Source: an uncultured Acholeplasmataceae bacterium
GTDB lineage: Bacteria > Bacillota_I > Bacilli_A > Acholeplasmatales > Acholeplasmataceae
DNA: 64,000 nt
Direction: 5' to 3'
Assembly (NCBI GenBank): GCA_963544405.1
Contig: CAUUEZ010000004.1
Location: 16,741 to 80,740, forward strand
Positions 41,590-50,615 of this stretch are shown here, piece after piece. The position numbers were made by a program, and so were the translations under genes. Every line of letters starts with the position of its first letter. Position 1 is the stretch's first letter. The notes under the pieces were generated by a model. It ran no database searches. It saw only the letters and a list, made by a program, of their open reading frames with translations, and was not told where the DNA came from.

Positions 41590-41700
41590 TGAAAAAAAGT
41601 AGAAAAAACATTCTTGTTGTTCTAAAAAATGTAGTTGCAAAAAGCGTTAGAAATGCTACTATCGGTATCTTGAGTTCAATTAACGACTGCGACCACTAGA
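41590..41700 (+). CDS. Stand-alone small ORF, 36 aa (MKKSRKNILVVLKNVVAKSVRNATIGILSSINDCDH). Function unknown.
   Basis: It is below the ORF-track size cutoff. GAAAGGAGG lies 6 nt upstream of ATG 41590, with the promoter above it. There is no downstream same-strand gene. The hairpin at 41826-41870 has a T-run on the plus strand. Confidence 0.45.
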
Positions 41701-41825
41701 TAGAACTTGTTGTGTATCATAATTGTTTATCTTATTTAAGATAAATAATTATTCTTACCACCGAGTTAAATTCTTTTTAATAAATTATTTAACTAAGTAA
41801 ATACTTTATTAAAGTGAATTTAAAT

Positions 41826-41870
41826 AAAAAAGTGCCACATTACCTAAAGAATAGGAACGTGGCACTTTTT
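41826..41870. terminator. Bidirectional hairpin terminator (for the dnaD-like gene on the minus strand and possibly the small-ORF transcript on the plus strand)
   Basis: AAAAAGTGCCAC, a 20-nt loop, then GTGGCACTTTTT. Confidence 0.65.
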
Positions 41871-41899
41871 GATTTACTGAGTTTTTTTAAAAAAATAAA

Positions 41900-42493
41900 C
41901 TATTGTTTGAAAATTTGTGAAAGGATTTTTTTGTCTTTTTGGTCAAGCGGTTTACCTTCAACTGAATAGTTTTGAACAACAGCCTCTAATTTACCAAAAG
42001 TAAAATAACCTTCTTTAATAATGTTTTCAATTATTTCCTTTAAAGTACTAGGCGTAATTTTTTTATTCTCAAGCCAGTTTTTAACCAAAATATACTGATT
42101 GGCAGAAAGTGGTTTGGCACTTTTTTCAATTAGTTCTGCAACTTCTTTAAGTAAACATTCTTGTGGGTCTAACTCTGGATTTTGAATGAATTCTAAAATT
42201 TGAGTATAAAGTGGTTTTAAAGAAATCAGTTCTCTAACTTTTCCACTTTCGTTTTCTTCGTAGACAAAAGTAATAATTTTTTTGGAGTGTAGTGAGTTTA
42301 AAGTGTTTTCAGCGACACTTTTTTCAAGTCCAGTTTTTTTAACAAAAGAAAGCACTGTATGTTTTTTCTTTTTTTCAGAAAGCAGGAGTACCACAAAAGA
42401 ATACTCATTTGCCGATAGGTTTAACTTCTTTTGGTATTCTGAAACTAATTTTAAAAAATCAAGTGAGTAGTCTAAAAATAATTTTTCAAGCAT
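41900..42493 (-). CDS. DnaD/DnaB-domain replication initiation-like protein
   Basis: The start is ATG 42493, preceded by AAGGAGA, and it overlaps the rnc stop by 8 nt. The C-terminus (LSANQYILVKNWLENKKITPSTLKEIIENIIKEGYFTFGKLEAVVQNY) resembles the DnaD C-terminal domain. The longer track ORF (to 42631) overlaps rnc and is rejected. Confidence 0.6.
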   Translation of the reverse strand: MLEKLFLDYSLDFLKLVSEYQKKLNLSANEYSFVVLLLSEKKKKHTVLSFVKKTGLEKSVAENTLNSLHSKKIITFVYEENESGKVRELISLKPLYTQILEFIQNPELDPQECLLKEVAELIEKSAKPLSANQYILVKNWLENKKITPSTLKEIIENIIKEGYFTFGKLEAVVQNYSVEGKPLDQKDKKILSQIFKQ

Positions 42494-43166
42494 TTGTGTT
42501 CTCCTTAGTCTGCAATTTTTCAAGGGCTTTTTTAGCAGCCTCTTTTTCAGACAATGCTTTTGAACGACCTGTTCCAGTAGCCAGGAGTACATCTTTTTCA
42601 TAATAAACTCCAGAGACAAAAACTTTGTCATTGCTAGGTCCTGTTTCAGATAATAGTTTATAGGAAATTAACTTATTTGAAAATCCTTGATAATACTCTT
42701 GTAAGACGGTTTTGTAGTCAATAATATCAATCTCTTTTAAAAACACAGACCATATGTGTTTATTAAAAAAATCTCTACAGTTGTCAATCCCGCTGTCCAG
42801 ATAAATTGAGCCAATTAAGGCCTCCATACAGTCGGCAATTATAGACTTTGGAATTGGAGAAACTCTGGTTTTAATGTAGTTATCTAAGTTGATTTTTTTG
42901 GCGTAAACCAAAAGTGCGTCTTCAGAAATCATGGCAGCTCTTTGTTTAGAAAGAAAACCTTCGTTTTCATCTGGATACTTATTTAGCAGTGCTTCGGCTG
43001 CTAAGAAGTCCAAAATACTGTCTCCTAAAAACTCGCGGCGTTCGTAGTTTGGAAGTTTATTTAAATTACCGTAAGATGAGTGAATAAAAGCAGGAATGAA
43101 ATTTTTTAAGTTTTTTACCTTAACTCCGATTGACTTTAAAAAGGCTTTCTCATCTGTCATTTTCAA
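42486..43166 (-). CDS. rnc: Ribonuclease III
   Basis: 226 aa. It has the ERREFLGDSILDF signature and a dsRBD-like C-terminus (GTGRSKALSEKEAAKKALE). Confidence 0.92.
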   Translation of the reverse strand: MKMTDEKAFLKSIGVKVKNLKNFIPAFIHSSYGNLNKLPNYERREFLGDSILDFLAAEALLNKYPDENEGFLSKQRAAMISEDALLVYAKKINLDNYIKTRVSPIPKSIIADCMEALIGSIYLDSGIDNCRDFFNKHIWSVFLKEIDIIDYKTVLQEYYQGFSNKLISYKLLSETGPSNDKVFVSGVYYEKDVLLATGTGRSKALSEKEAAKKALEKLQTKENTNA

Positions 43167-44148
43167 GTCCCTTCAAGAATTTTTCAATAATGTTGTTTTC
43201 AACAAAAACTTTAGCCTGTTTAATGGCTTGTTTTAAGTCTTGGTGTTTAGCAGCGCCATGTGCTTTAACTACTACACCTTTAGTTCCAAGAATCAAGGCG
43301 CCACCAGTGTCGTTTGCAGTCAATTTTTTAACTGCTCTTTTAATTGATTTTCTTAAAATTAAAAAAGCAAGTTTTTTAAGTAAACAGTATTTAAGTTCTT
43401 TTTTAAAGTTCTCTTTAAAGCCTAACAAGGCGCCTTCCATGGATTTTAAAATTAAGTTACCACTGAATCCATCTGTTACTAAAACATCTGCATTTTTAAA
43501 AAACAGTTCTTTTGGTTCAACGTTGCCATAAAAATTAAACTCATGAGTTTCTTTAAGTAAATCATAAGCAGAACGCTCAAAATCACGGCCTTTACCTTTT
43601 TCAGAACCTATAGAAACCAGCCCGACTTGTGGCACAAAATCGTTGTTTCCAATAAGTTGTTTTAAATAAGTAACACCAATTTGCGAAAAATCAACTAAAT
43701 CTTTTGGCGAAATTTCAGCAGTAGCACCACAATCTAGTAGAATTTTTTTAGTTCCATCAACTGTGTTGAAAGGAATGGCTAATGCTAATCTACGAACTTT
43801 TGGTAGTCTACCTACAATTAAGTGAGACCCAAAAACTACTGCTTGTGTTGGACCTGCTGAAACCACGGCGTCAACTTGGTTATTTTTAAGTAAAGTAAGT
43901 GCTTTAAAAAGAGAATGCTCTGGAGTTTTTCTAAACTCAGCAAATGGGTCTTCCACTCCCATATCAAGATATTTATCTGTGTGAATAATTTTACATTGAG
44001 GGTGATTAACAAACTCACTTAGTCTACTTTCATCTCCAACTAAGTAAAACTCAATATCTGTATTTTCGCCCAACAAGGCTCTTATTGCTTTTTTATTTTC
44101 AAAAATGCTAAGGTCCCCACCCATCATATCAACGGCTATTTTAATCAT
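43150..44148 (-). CDS. plsX: Phosphate acyltransferase
   Basis: MIKIAVDMMGGD is the N-terminus. The start is ATG 44148 after AAGGAGA. It ends in TGA and overlaps the aroC stop by 8 nt. Confidence 0.9.
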   Translation of the reverse strand: MIKIAVDMMGGDLSIFENKKAIRALLGENTDIEFYLVGDESRLSEFVNHPQCKIIHTDKYLDMGVEDPFAEFRKTPEHSLFKALTLLKNNQVDAVVSAGPTQAVVFGSHLIVGRLPKVRRLALAIPFNTVDGTKKILLDCGATAEISPKDLVDFSQIGVTYLKQLIGNNDFVPQVGLVSIGSEKGKGRDFERSAYDLLKETHEFNFYGNVEPKELFFKNADVLVTDGFSGNLILKSMEGALLGFKENFKKELKYCLLKKLAFLILRKSIKRAVKKLTANDTGGALILGTKGVVVKAHGAAKHQDLKQAIKQAKVFVENNIIEKFLKGLENDR

Positions 44149-45124
44149 TTTTATCTCCTTCAATTGTGGCAAACACAGCCAAGGCTGTCATTGCTTCTAC
44201 AATAACTGGTGCTCTTAAACCAAAGCAAATGTCGTGTCTACCTTGGATTTCTATCAACTCTATTTTACCAGTTTTTAAATTAAGAGTAGTTTGAGGCTTG
44301 AAAATTGATCCGGTTGGTCTAAAAGTGGTTTCAATTAAAATAGGGTTCCCATTTGAAATCCCACCAACTATTCCACCTGCATTGTTAGTATGAGTTCTGC
44401 CAGACAAATCAGCTAAAACGTCATTATACTCAGAGCCTTTTTTGCAAACTGTATCCGAACCAAGGCCAAAACCAAGTGCCTTTACTCCTGGAATTAAATA
44501 TACAAATCTAGCGATATTGGAGTTTAGTTTATTAAAAAAAACTGAGCCAACACCTGGTTTTAATCCAGTTAAAGTAGTCTGAATTTTAACACCAACGCTG
44601 TCTTGTTCTTCTTTGATTTGATTTAAATACTCAACAAACTTCAAAGGGTTTTTTTCAGTGCCAATTTGTTTAATTTGACTGCTGAACTCAATGCCTAAAT
44701 ATTGGCGAACTATTTCGCCAATAAAGACAAACAAAATAGTAGTTCTGCCGGAAAAAAGTCCACCACCTGGAAAAGTTTTTCCATACTTTTGAATTGAAAT
44801 AAAATCAGCCTGACCTGGTCTTGGAGTTAAACTAAACTGCGTGTAGTCTTTAGATATAGTGTTTGTGTTTTCAAAATAAACATCAATAACATCCCCGTTA
44901 GTTTTATTTTCCTTAAACCCGGATACGATAATGTACTTATCTGGCTCTTTTCTAGGAGTCGTAAAAATAGAAGTAGACTTGCGTCTTTCTAAGGCTTTCT
45001 CTACTTGTTTAAAATCAACATAAAAATCTTTTGGAAACCCAAATAGCCGAATTCCGATTTTTTCGCTATGAGTGTCTCCGTAGATTTCTATTTTGACTTT
45101 TTCAGATATCTCTAAGCTCTGCAT
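44141..45124 (-). CDS. aroC: Chorismate synthase
   Basis: Motifs are YGDTHSEKIGIRLFGFP and GRHDICFGLRAPVIVEAM. ATG 45124 is preferred, because the track start at 45130 is a TTG. The protein is somewhat short for the family. Confidence 0.85.
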   Translation of the reverse strand: MQSLEISEKVKIEIYGDTHSEKIGIRLFGFPKDFYVDFKQVEKALERRKSTSIFTTPRKEPDKYIIVSGFKENKTNGDVIDVYFENTNTISKDYTQFSLTPRPGQADFISIQKYGKTFPGGGLFSGRTTILFVFIGEIVRQYLGIEFSSQIKQIGTEKNPLKFVEYLNQIKEEQDSVGVKIQTTLTGLKPGVGSVFFNKLNSNIARFVYLIPGVKALGFGLGSDTVCKKGSEYNDVLADLSGRTHTNNAGGIVGGISNGNPILIETTFRPTGSIFKPQTTLNLKTGKIELIEIQGRHDICFGLRAPVIVEAMTALAVFATIEGDKND

Positions 45125-47429
45125 TTTCAATATACCAAAATAAGGCGCTAAGTAGTTCGCCAGTATCAGTTTCTTTAGTCAAGGCAGCATAAAGTGAGAC
45201 AAATGCTTGGTAAATAAGCATAGTTTCGCCGTACTGTACTTGCGGATACTTCAGCCTAAACTCAAGGTTATCTAGTTTATAGTTAACTGAGGCAACAAAA
45301 CCTGCAGTTTTAAAAATCTTAGGGTCAAACGAACCTTGGTCAATTAGTTGTTTAAATGAACAAGTTGTGGCGTTAAAAATAGCGGTTTCGCTATTGCCTT
45401 TAGCCAGTTTTAAAAAATCAGTGTAGCTGATTTCGCCTTCTTTTTGTGGCGAAAGTGAAACAAAGAAGATTAAAGGTACGGCTAAATTAGAGTTTTCTGC
45501 GTAATATTCAAGCGCTGCCTTAATAGTTCTAGCAACAGCACCAGTTCCCAAAATATAGACTTCTTTTTTCAAATTAGGGATAGATTGAATGAATGAAAAC
45601 ACGCCAAAAAAATCTGTGTTTAGTAAGTAAAGTTCTTCGTTTTTTTCAAAAACTGTATTAGCGGCTTTTGTCTTTTTAACAATATCGCTTTTTTTGTCAG
45701 TGATTTTAAGGACCGAGTTTTTAAAAGGTGTAGTGATATTTAAAAATAATTTATTTTCATCTAAAATTAAGTTTTCAACAAGCCCAGGCAAATCTTTTTC
45801 GTCTTCACATTCAAATAACTCATATGGATATTTTTTGACTTTCACAGCCTTAGCAATTTCTTCGTGAATTTCTGGAGACAAGGAGTCTGCAATTCCTTGG
45901 CCAATCAAACCAGCGCCAAACACAGAAAGTTGGTTGCTAGATTCAGTTAATGAAACTAAATGATTAAAGAAGTTTCTTGCAAGTATAGATTTTTTTTGAT
46001 TGATAACAATACGGCGACGGTCATATGAAACTAAATCAAGTAAGTTTTCTTTTTTAAACTTAGCAACTTTGTCAGTAATTTTTTTGCGTTCTAAAAGTGC
46101 GGCTTCAATTTTTGCGTCAATTGAATCAATTTGACTGCGCAGTTTTTCAAGTTCTACAAAGTCTTGCAAATCGGTTTTAAAATAAGAAATAAACTCAGGA
46201 TATGATTTATAGACCGAAATGTATTTTGGTAAAGTAAACTGAGGTACTTTAGCCCAGTATCTAAAAATCAGTTCCAGCATTTGTGCACGGTGGTCAAAAA
46301 AATCAGAGCAGTGAACATGGAAAAAATCACACTCCCTCAAAACTGTAAACTCAAGCGTTCCATCTTTATAAAGGTGGTTAATTTTAAGTTGTTTCAAAAT
46401 AGAAATTAACAGAGCAAGTCTATCGCTTTCTTTAAACGCTAAAGTTTTAATATTAACAAAGCGATATCTAGCAGGGTTAGTTAAACAAAGGGCAAATATA
46501 GAAAACACATTGTCAATTGAATTTTTAAAGTTGATTTCTGCAAAGTCAATTTTGTGCGGAATTTTAGGAAGTGAAATAAAGTTGGCGTCAAAAATAGGTG
46601 TGTAGCCAACAGTGTTTAGTTGTTCAAAAACTTCAAAACTGTATTTATCTTTAGCGCTAAGACCGCTAAAACTAACTTTGTTTTTAAGTCCTTTAGTTAA
46701 AGTAAGGGCAGTTAACAGGTGTGTATAATCTCGGCGAATTTTAATTTCTCTAGGAATTTTAAAGTCTTTTGTGCGTTCAAAATAGTAGTGTCCTTTTTCG
46801 TCTTTTTTTAATCCAAAGCCAAACTCTTTTAACACATCTAACGTTAACGTTACAAAATTAGGGTTAGACAAGTCAAAATCAGTTTTAATTTTGTTACCGT
46901 TGCCAATCAATGCACAGGCTAAAAATACACCAGATAAATACTGGCTTGAAATTTTTGAGTTTACTTCAATTACTTGATTTTCAACTACACCTTTAGCCAG
47001 GCATTTTTGGGCTTTTGCATTCAGTTTAAAGTCAATTTGCGGAAAAATTTCATTAAACTCAGAAAGTGGGCGTGTAAAAAGGGTATCTAGTCCGGTTAGT
47101 TTAACTTCGCCAAACTTAAAAAGAAGAAGTGGGAAAAGTAGTCTAAACAAAGTAGCAGATTCATTGCAGTCAATATAGTCTTCTATGTAGTTAAGTTGAG
47201 AAGCGTTTTTAATTTCTATTTTATCTCCGTTGACATCAATATTTACACCAAGTTCATGTAAGGCTTTGATAGCAACAAGTTCATCTATCGACAAAGAAGC
47301 GCCACAAAGTGTGGCAGGTTTTCCTAAAAAAGCCAAGACTAAAAGTTTTCTAATTGTGTCTGATTTAAAAGAAGGTGCGCTAAACACACCCTCTTTTAAA
47401 TCAGAATAAAATTTAAGATTATCCTGCAT
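45102..47429 (-). CDS. aroA: Trifunctional fusion: EPSP synthase, an AroQ-class chorismate mutase-like segment, and shikimate dehydrogenase
   Basis: 775 aa. The N-terminus (PSFKSDTIRKLLVLAFL..., FKESDRLA, DHRAQM) is EPSP synthase. The middle (LEKLRSQIDSIDAKIEAALLERKKITDKVAKFK) is the CM type 2 helix-1 pattern. The C-terminus (FGAGLIGQGIADSLSPEIHE, NITTPFK, NTDFFG, GTGAVAR) is AroE. Confidence 0.8.
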   Translation of the reverse strand: MQDNLKFYSDLKEGVFSAPSFKSDTIRKLLVLAFLGKPATLCGASLSIDELVAIKALHELGVNIDVNGDKIEIKNASQLNYIEDYIDCNESATLFRLLFPLLLFKFGEVKLTGLDTLFTRPLSEFNEIFPQIDFKLNAKAQKCLAKGVVENQVIEVNSKISSQYLSGVFLACALIGNGNKIKTDFDLSNPNFVTLTLDVLKEFGFGLKKDEKGHYYFERTKDFKIPREIKIRRDYTHLLTALTLTKGLKNKVSFSGLSAKDKYSFEVFEQLNTVGYTPIFDANFISLPKIPHKIDFAEINFKNSIDNVFSIFALCLTNPARYRFVNIKTLAFKESDRLALLISILKQLKINHLYKDGTLEFTVLRECDFFHVHCSDFFDHRAQMLELIFRYWAKVPQFTLPKYISVYKSYPEFISYFKTDLQDFVELEKLRSQIDSIDAKIEAALLERKKITDKVAKFKKENLLDLVSYDRRRIVINQKKSILARNFFNHLVSLTESSNQLSVFGAGLIGQGIADSLSPEIHEEIAKAVKVKKYPYELFECEDEKDLPGLVENLILDENKLFLNITTPFKNSVLKITDKKSDIVKKTKAANTVFEKNEELYLLNTDFFGVFSFIQSIPNLKKEVYILGTGAVARTIKAALEYYAENSNLAVPLIFFVSLSPQKEGEISYTDFLKLAKGNSETAIFNATTCSFKQLIDQGSFDPKIFKTAGFVASVNYKLDNLEFRLKYPQVQYGETMLIYQAFVSLYAALTKETDTGELLSALFWYIENAELRDI

Positions 47430-48472
47430 TAGTTTAAATAAGCCTGAATGTCTGAAATTGAGACATTAACTAGTTCGCCTTTGCCAATTTTTTTAACTTT
47501 AGTTAAAGTAATTTCGCTATTTTTAGTTTGTTTTTTGTCGTTAAATAAATATTTAACTAAAATACTTCTTCTAATTTCTTCAAGTTTTTCGCGTTTATAC
47601 AGTGGGAAGGATTTAATGGTTTTTAAAACTTTGTCGAAAACTGGTTTTTTTATTAAACCTTTTTCGTAAATTAACTCAGTTTCAAGTAGCATTCCGTAAA
47701 GCACAGCCTCGCCATGTGCGATATCTAGATTTAAACTAGACTCAATGGTGTGGCCAATAGTATGTCCGAAGTTCAACATTTTGCGGCGACTTAAAGAATA
47801 TGCGTCTTTTTCAACAATTGCTTTTTTGGCTAAAATTGAGCGTTTAATTATCTCTTCATTTAAAGTAAAGTTGTTTTTAATCAGTTTTTTAAGTAGAGTT
47901 TTATCGGCTATTAAGGCGATTTTAAGAACTTCTGCAACTCCTTGTTTGTATTCAAGTGCAGGTAGACTTTCCAGGTAAGTCTGATCAATTATAGTTTCAT
48001 ATGCAGGATAAACAGTACCAAGGTAGTTTTTAATGTTTAAGTAGTTGATACCTGTTTTTCCGCCAATTGCAGCGTCTACCATCGCAATTACTGAAGTTGG
48101 AACTAAAACATGAGCAACTCCTCTGTAAAGAGTTGATGCAATAAAAGAGGTTAAGTCACAAACCACGCCACCACCAAAACCAATTAAAACATCGTTAGCT
48201 GTGAAGTTGTTTTGATCTAAATGCATCAAGACCGCAGAGACCGATTGTATATTTTTGTAAGCCTCACCTGGTTTTAAAACAATCCAGTGAACTTTCACAG
48301 AGATTTTTTTAGCAAACTCTGTGCGTGCGCTTGAATCAAAAACATTTTGGTCAGTCACTACAAATACTCGTTTATTTAAGGCTAAGTTATTGCAAATTTG
48401 AATATAGTCAACAACTCTGCCGATTGTTACATTTCTTTTAAATACAGTAGTTTTATATGCCATTTTAAACAC
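47429..48472 (-). CDS. aroB: 3-dehydroquinate synthase
   Basis: 347 aa. Motifs are GGGVVCDLTSFIASTLYRG and AIGGKTGIN. It has a TAATG overlap with the downstream gene. Confidence 0.9.
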   Translation of the reverse strand: MFKMAYKTTVFKRNVTIGRVVDYIQICNNLALNKRVFVVTDQNVFDSSARTEFAKKISVKVHWIVLKPGEAYKNIQSVSAVLMHLDQNNFTANDVLIGFGGGVVCDLTSFIASTLYRGVAHVLVPTSVIAMVDAAIGGKTGINYLNIKNYLGTVYPAYETIIDQTYLESLPALEYKQGVAEVLKIALIADKTLLKKLIKNNFTLNEEIIKRSILAKKAIVEKDAYSLSRRKMLNFGHTIGHTIESSLNLDIAHGEAVLYGMLLETELIYEKGLIKKPVFDKVLKTIKSFPLYKREKLEEIRRSILVKYLFNDKKQTKNSEITLTKVKKIGKGELVNVSISDIQAYLN

Positions 48473-48477
48473 CTCTT

Positions 48478-49290
48478 TTACTTATTTTTGATTTTGCTAA
48501 ACTTAGCAATTTCTGTTAATTTTAATGCTTGAAAACCGTCAGATAAAGCCTTTTCAGGCTCTTTTGCACATTCTACCAAAGCACCTGAAAACTCAAGTTT
48601 TCCAATATAAGGGAGAAACTTTTCAACATATTCAGTAGAGCCAATACTATGACTAGGGTCAATGATAACCGGAATTTTAACTAAATCTTTTAAGATAAAA
48701 GCGCCAGTTAAATCTAGTGTGTTTCTGGTTAAAGTTTCGTACGTGCGAATGCCTCTTTCGCAAAGTATAATTTGGTCATTTCCGTGTTTCAAAATATACT
48801 CGCTGGCCTGTAGAAACTCAAGTATAGTAGAGGAGTCTCCACGCTTTAAAATAACCGGTTTATTAGTTTTGCCAAGTGCTTTGAGAAGCTCAAAGTTACG
48901 CATATTCCGCATACCAACTTGAATGATATCACAGTACTTAACAAACTCATCTAAATGCGCTAGTGAGGGGATTTCCGAAACAGTAATTAGTCCGTATTTC
49001 TTGCCAATTTTGTGAAGTATTTCAAGTCCTTTTTTGCCAAGTCCTTGAAAAGAATTTGGCTCAGTTCTAAGTTTATAAGCACCTGCTCTCAGGAACTTAA
49101 AACCATTTTCTTTAATGGTTTTAGCGATCTCTTCAAGTTGAGTTTCTGACTCAATTGAACATGGGCCAAAAATGTATTCAAACTCAGTAAATATGTGCTT
49201 ATCATTTACTACAATTTGGGGGTTAATTTGCGCAACTTTTAGGCTTTTAATTGCCGAAATAGTGCTCAAATATGTGTCTTTAAAAGTCAT
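48478..49290 (-). CDS. aroF: 3-deoxy-7-phosphoheptulonate (DAHP) synthase, class I-beta
   Basis: 270 aa. Motifs are GPCSIES and FLRAGAYKLRTEPNSFQGLG. Confidence 0.85.
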   Translation of the reverse strand: MTFKDTYLSTISAIKSLKVAQINPQIVVNDKHIFTEFEYIFGPCSIESETQLEEIAKTIKENGFKFLRAGAYKLRTEPNSFQGLGKKGLEILHKIGKKYGLITVSEIPSLAHLDEFVKYCDIIQVGMRNMRNFELLKALGKTNKPVILKRGDSSTILEFLQASEYILKHGNDQIILCERGIRTYETLTRNTLDLTGAFILKDLVKIPVIIDPSHSIGSTEYVEKFLPYIGKLEFSGALVECAKEPEKALSDGFQALKLTEIAKFSKIKNK

Positions 49291-49334
49291 TTAACCTCCC
49301 TTAATTTGTGTCTTAAAATCACTTACATTATAGT

Positions 49335-49757
49335 TTATTTGTGGTATTTTTTGTTGATTTTTAAACTATACGCGCGGTATAGTTGCTCAAAAAACATTAG
49401 TCTAAAAAGCTCGTGCGGAAATGTCATTTTAGAAAACGAAAGCAATTTGTTGGCTCTTTGTTTAACTAAATCCGAAACTCCAAAACTTCCACCAATTACA
49501 AACACTATGTCTTTGGCTTCATTTTCTAGTTTTTCTAAATATTTAGAATATTCAAGCGAATCCATTAAATCGCCTTGCACATCTAGAAGCACAACAAAGT
49601 CACTTGTTTTAATTTGTTTTAAAATGTCTTGAGACTCTTTTTCTCTGTCTTTGACTTTGATTTCAATAACTTGAATTTTAGGAAGTTGCTTTAAGTAAAA
49701 CTCAATTCCTGCTTTGATGTGGTTTTCTCTGATTTTGTCAACTGCGATTAAAGTCAT
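49335..49757 (-). CDS. rlmH: 23S rRNA (pseudouridine1915-N3)-methyltransferase
   Basis: 140 aa, SPOUT family. The C-terminus is IGGSFGVSD...FSKMTFPHELFRLMFFEQLYRAY. Confidence 0.88.
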   Translation of the reverse strand: MTLIAVDKIRENHIKAGIEFYLKQLPKIQVIEIKVKDREKESQDILKQIKTSDFVVLLDVQGDLMDSLEYSKYLEKLENEAKDIVFVIGGSFGVSDLVKQRANKLLSFSKMTFPHELFRLMFFEQLYRAYSLKINKKYHK

Positions 49758-50540
49758 TTAAAACACCACCTTTGTAATTTTTTTTGAATCTGCTAACTTA
49801 AAGTCTAAATTAGTAGGATCAGAAATACATTCAACCAAAGCAGACTCAATGGCCTGGCGTGAATTGCATTCTTGGCTGATGTGTCCAATAAACCAGAAAC
49901 ACTTTTCTTCGCGAGATCTTAGAATTTCTATCAAGCAAGCAGCCTGTTGATTTGAAAGATGTCCGTAGTCCGATGAAATTCTTTGTTTTAAAGAAAGTGG
50001 GCGTTTGGAGTTTTTAAGCAAATTATAGTCATAGTTGCCTTCTACAAAAAAGAATTGACTACCTTTGATTTTGGCAGTGGTTGAACTTGGCAGACTGCCT
50101 GTGTCTGTGATGTGGACATATTTTGAGTTTTCACTCCAAAAAAAGACGCCACATGGCTCGGCTGCGTCGTGGATTGTAGGAACTAGTGAAAAGTTTAATT
50201 CACCTAGTTTGAAATCTGTTAAATATTGGTGTGTGATAAAAAGGTTTTCTTCAATTTTATGCTTTTCAATCAATGCTTTTTTAGTGCCTGGTGTGGCAAT
50301 TATCTTGATGTGTGGATACTTAAAAACAAGGGCGTGCAAACCGCTTGCGTGGTCGGAGTGTTCATGCGAAATAAATACAAATTTAGCCAGATTTACATCA
50401 ATTTCTAGTTCTTTTAGACAGTTTTCAAAATATTTAACCGAAATTCCGAAGTCTATCATAAAAATAAAGTCAGAAAAACGATACAAAACACAGTTTCCAG
50501 CGGAACTACTTTTTAAGGAAAATACATTTAAATTAAGCAT
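49758..50540 (-). CDS. MBL-fold metallo-hydrolase (YycJ/WalJ-like)
   Basis: 260 aa. It has the HEHSDH motif. The yycJ-rlmH adjacency is typical of Firmicutes. Confidence 0.8.
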   Translation of the reverse strand: MLNLNVFSLKSSSAGNCVLYRFSDFIFMIDFGISVKYFENCLKELEIDVNLAKFVFISHEHSDHASGLHALVFKYPHIKIIATPGTKKALIEKHKIEENLFITHQYLTDFKLGELNFSLVPTIHDAAEPCGVFFWSENSKYVHITDTGSLPSSTTAKIKGSQFFFVEGNYDYNLLKNSKRPLSLKQRISSDYGHLSNQQAACLIEILRSREEKCFWFIGHISQECNSRQAIESALVECISDPTNLDFKLADSKKITKVVF

Positions 50541-50615
50541 CTTTTATTTTGAATAAAACCTCTTATATGTTATATTATACGTGTTATGTTTTAAATTAAA
50601 ACTAAAGGAGATTTT

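Noticed and set aside
42494-42631. N-terminal 46-codon extension of the dnaD-like ORF (and similar extensions of the rny, plsX, atpD, MTase and giant-gene ORFs)
   Set aside because: The extensions overlap the upstream gene or lack an SD. In each case an internal ATG is preceded by a good AGGAG-type SD at 5-9 nt.
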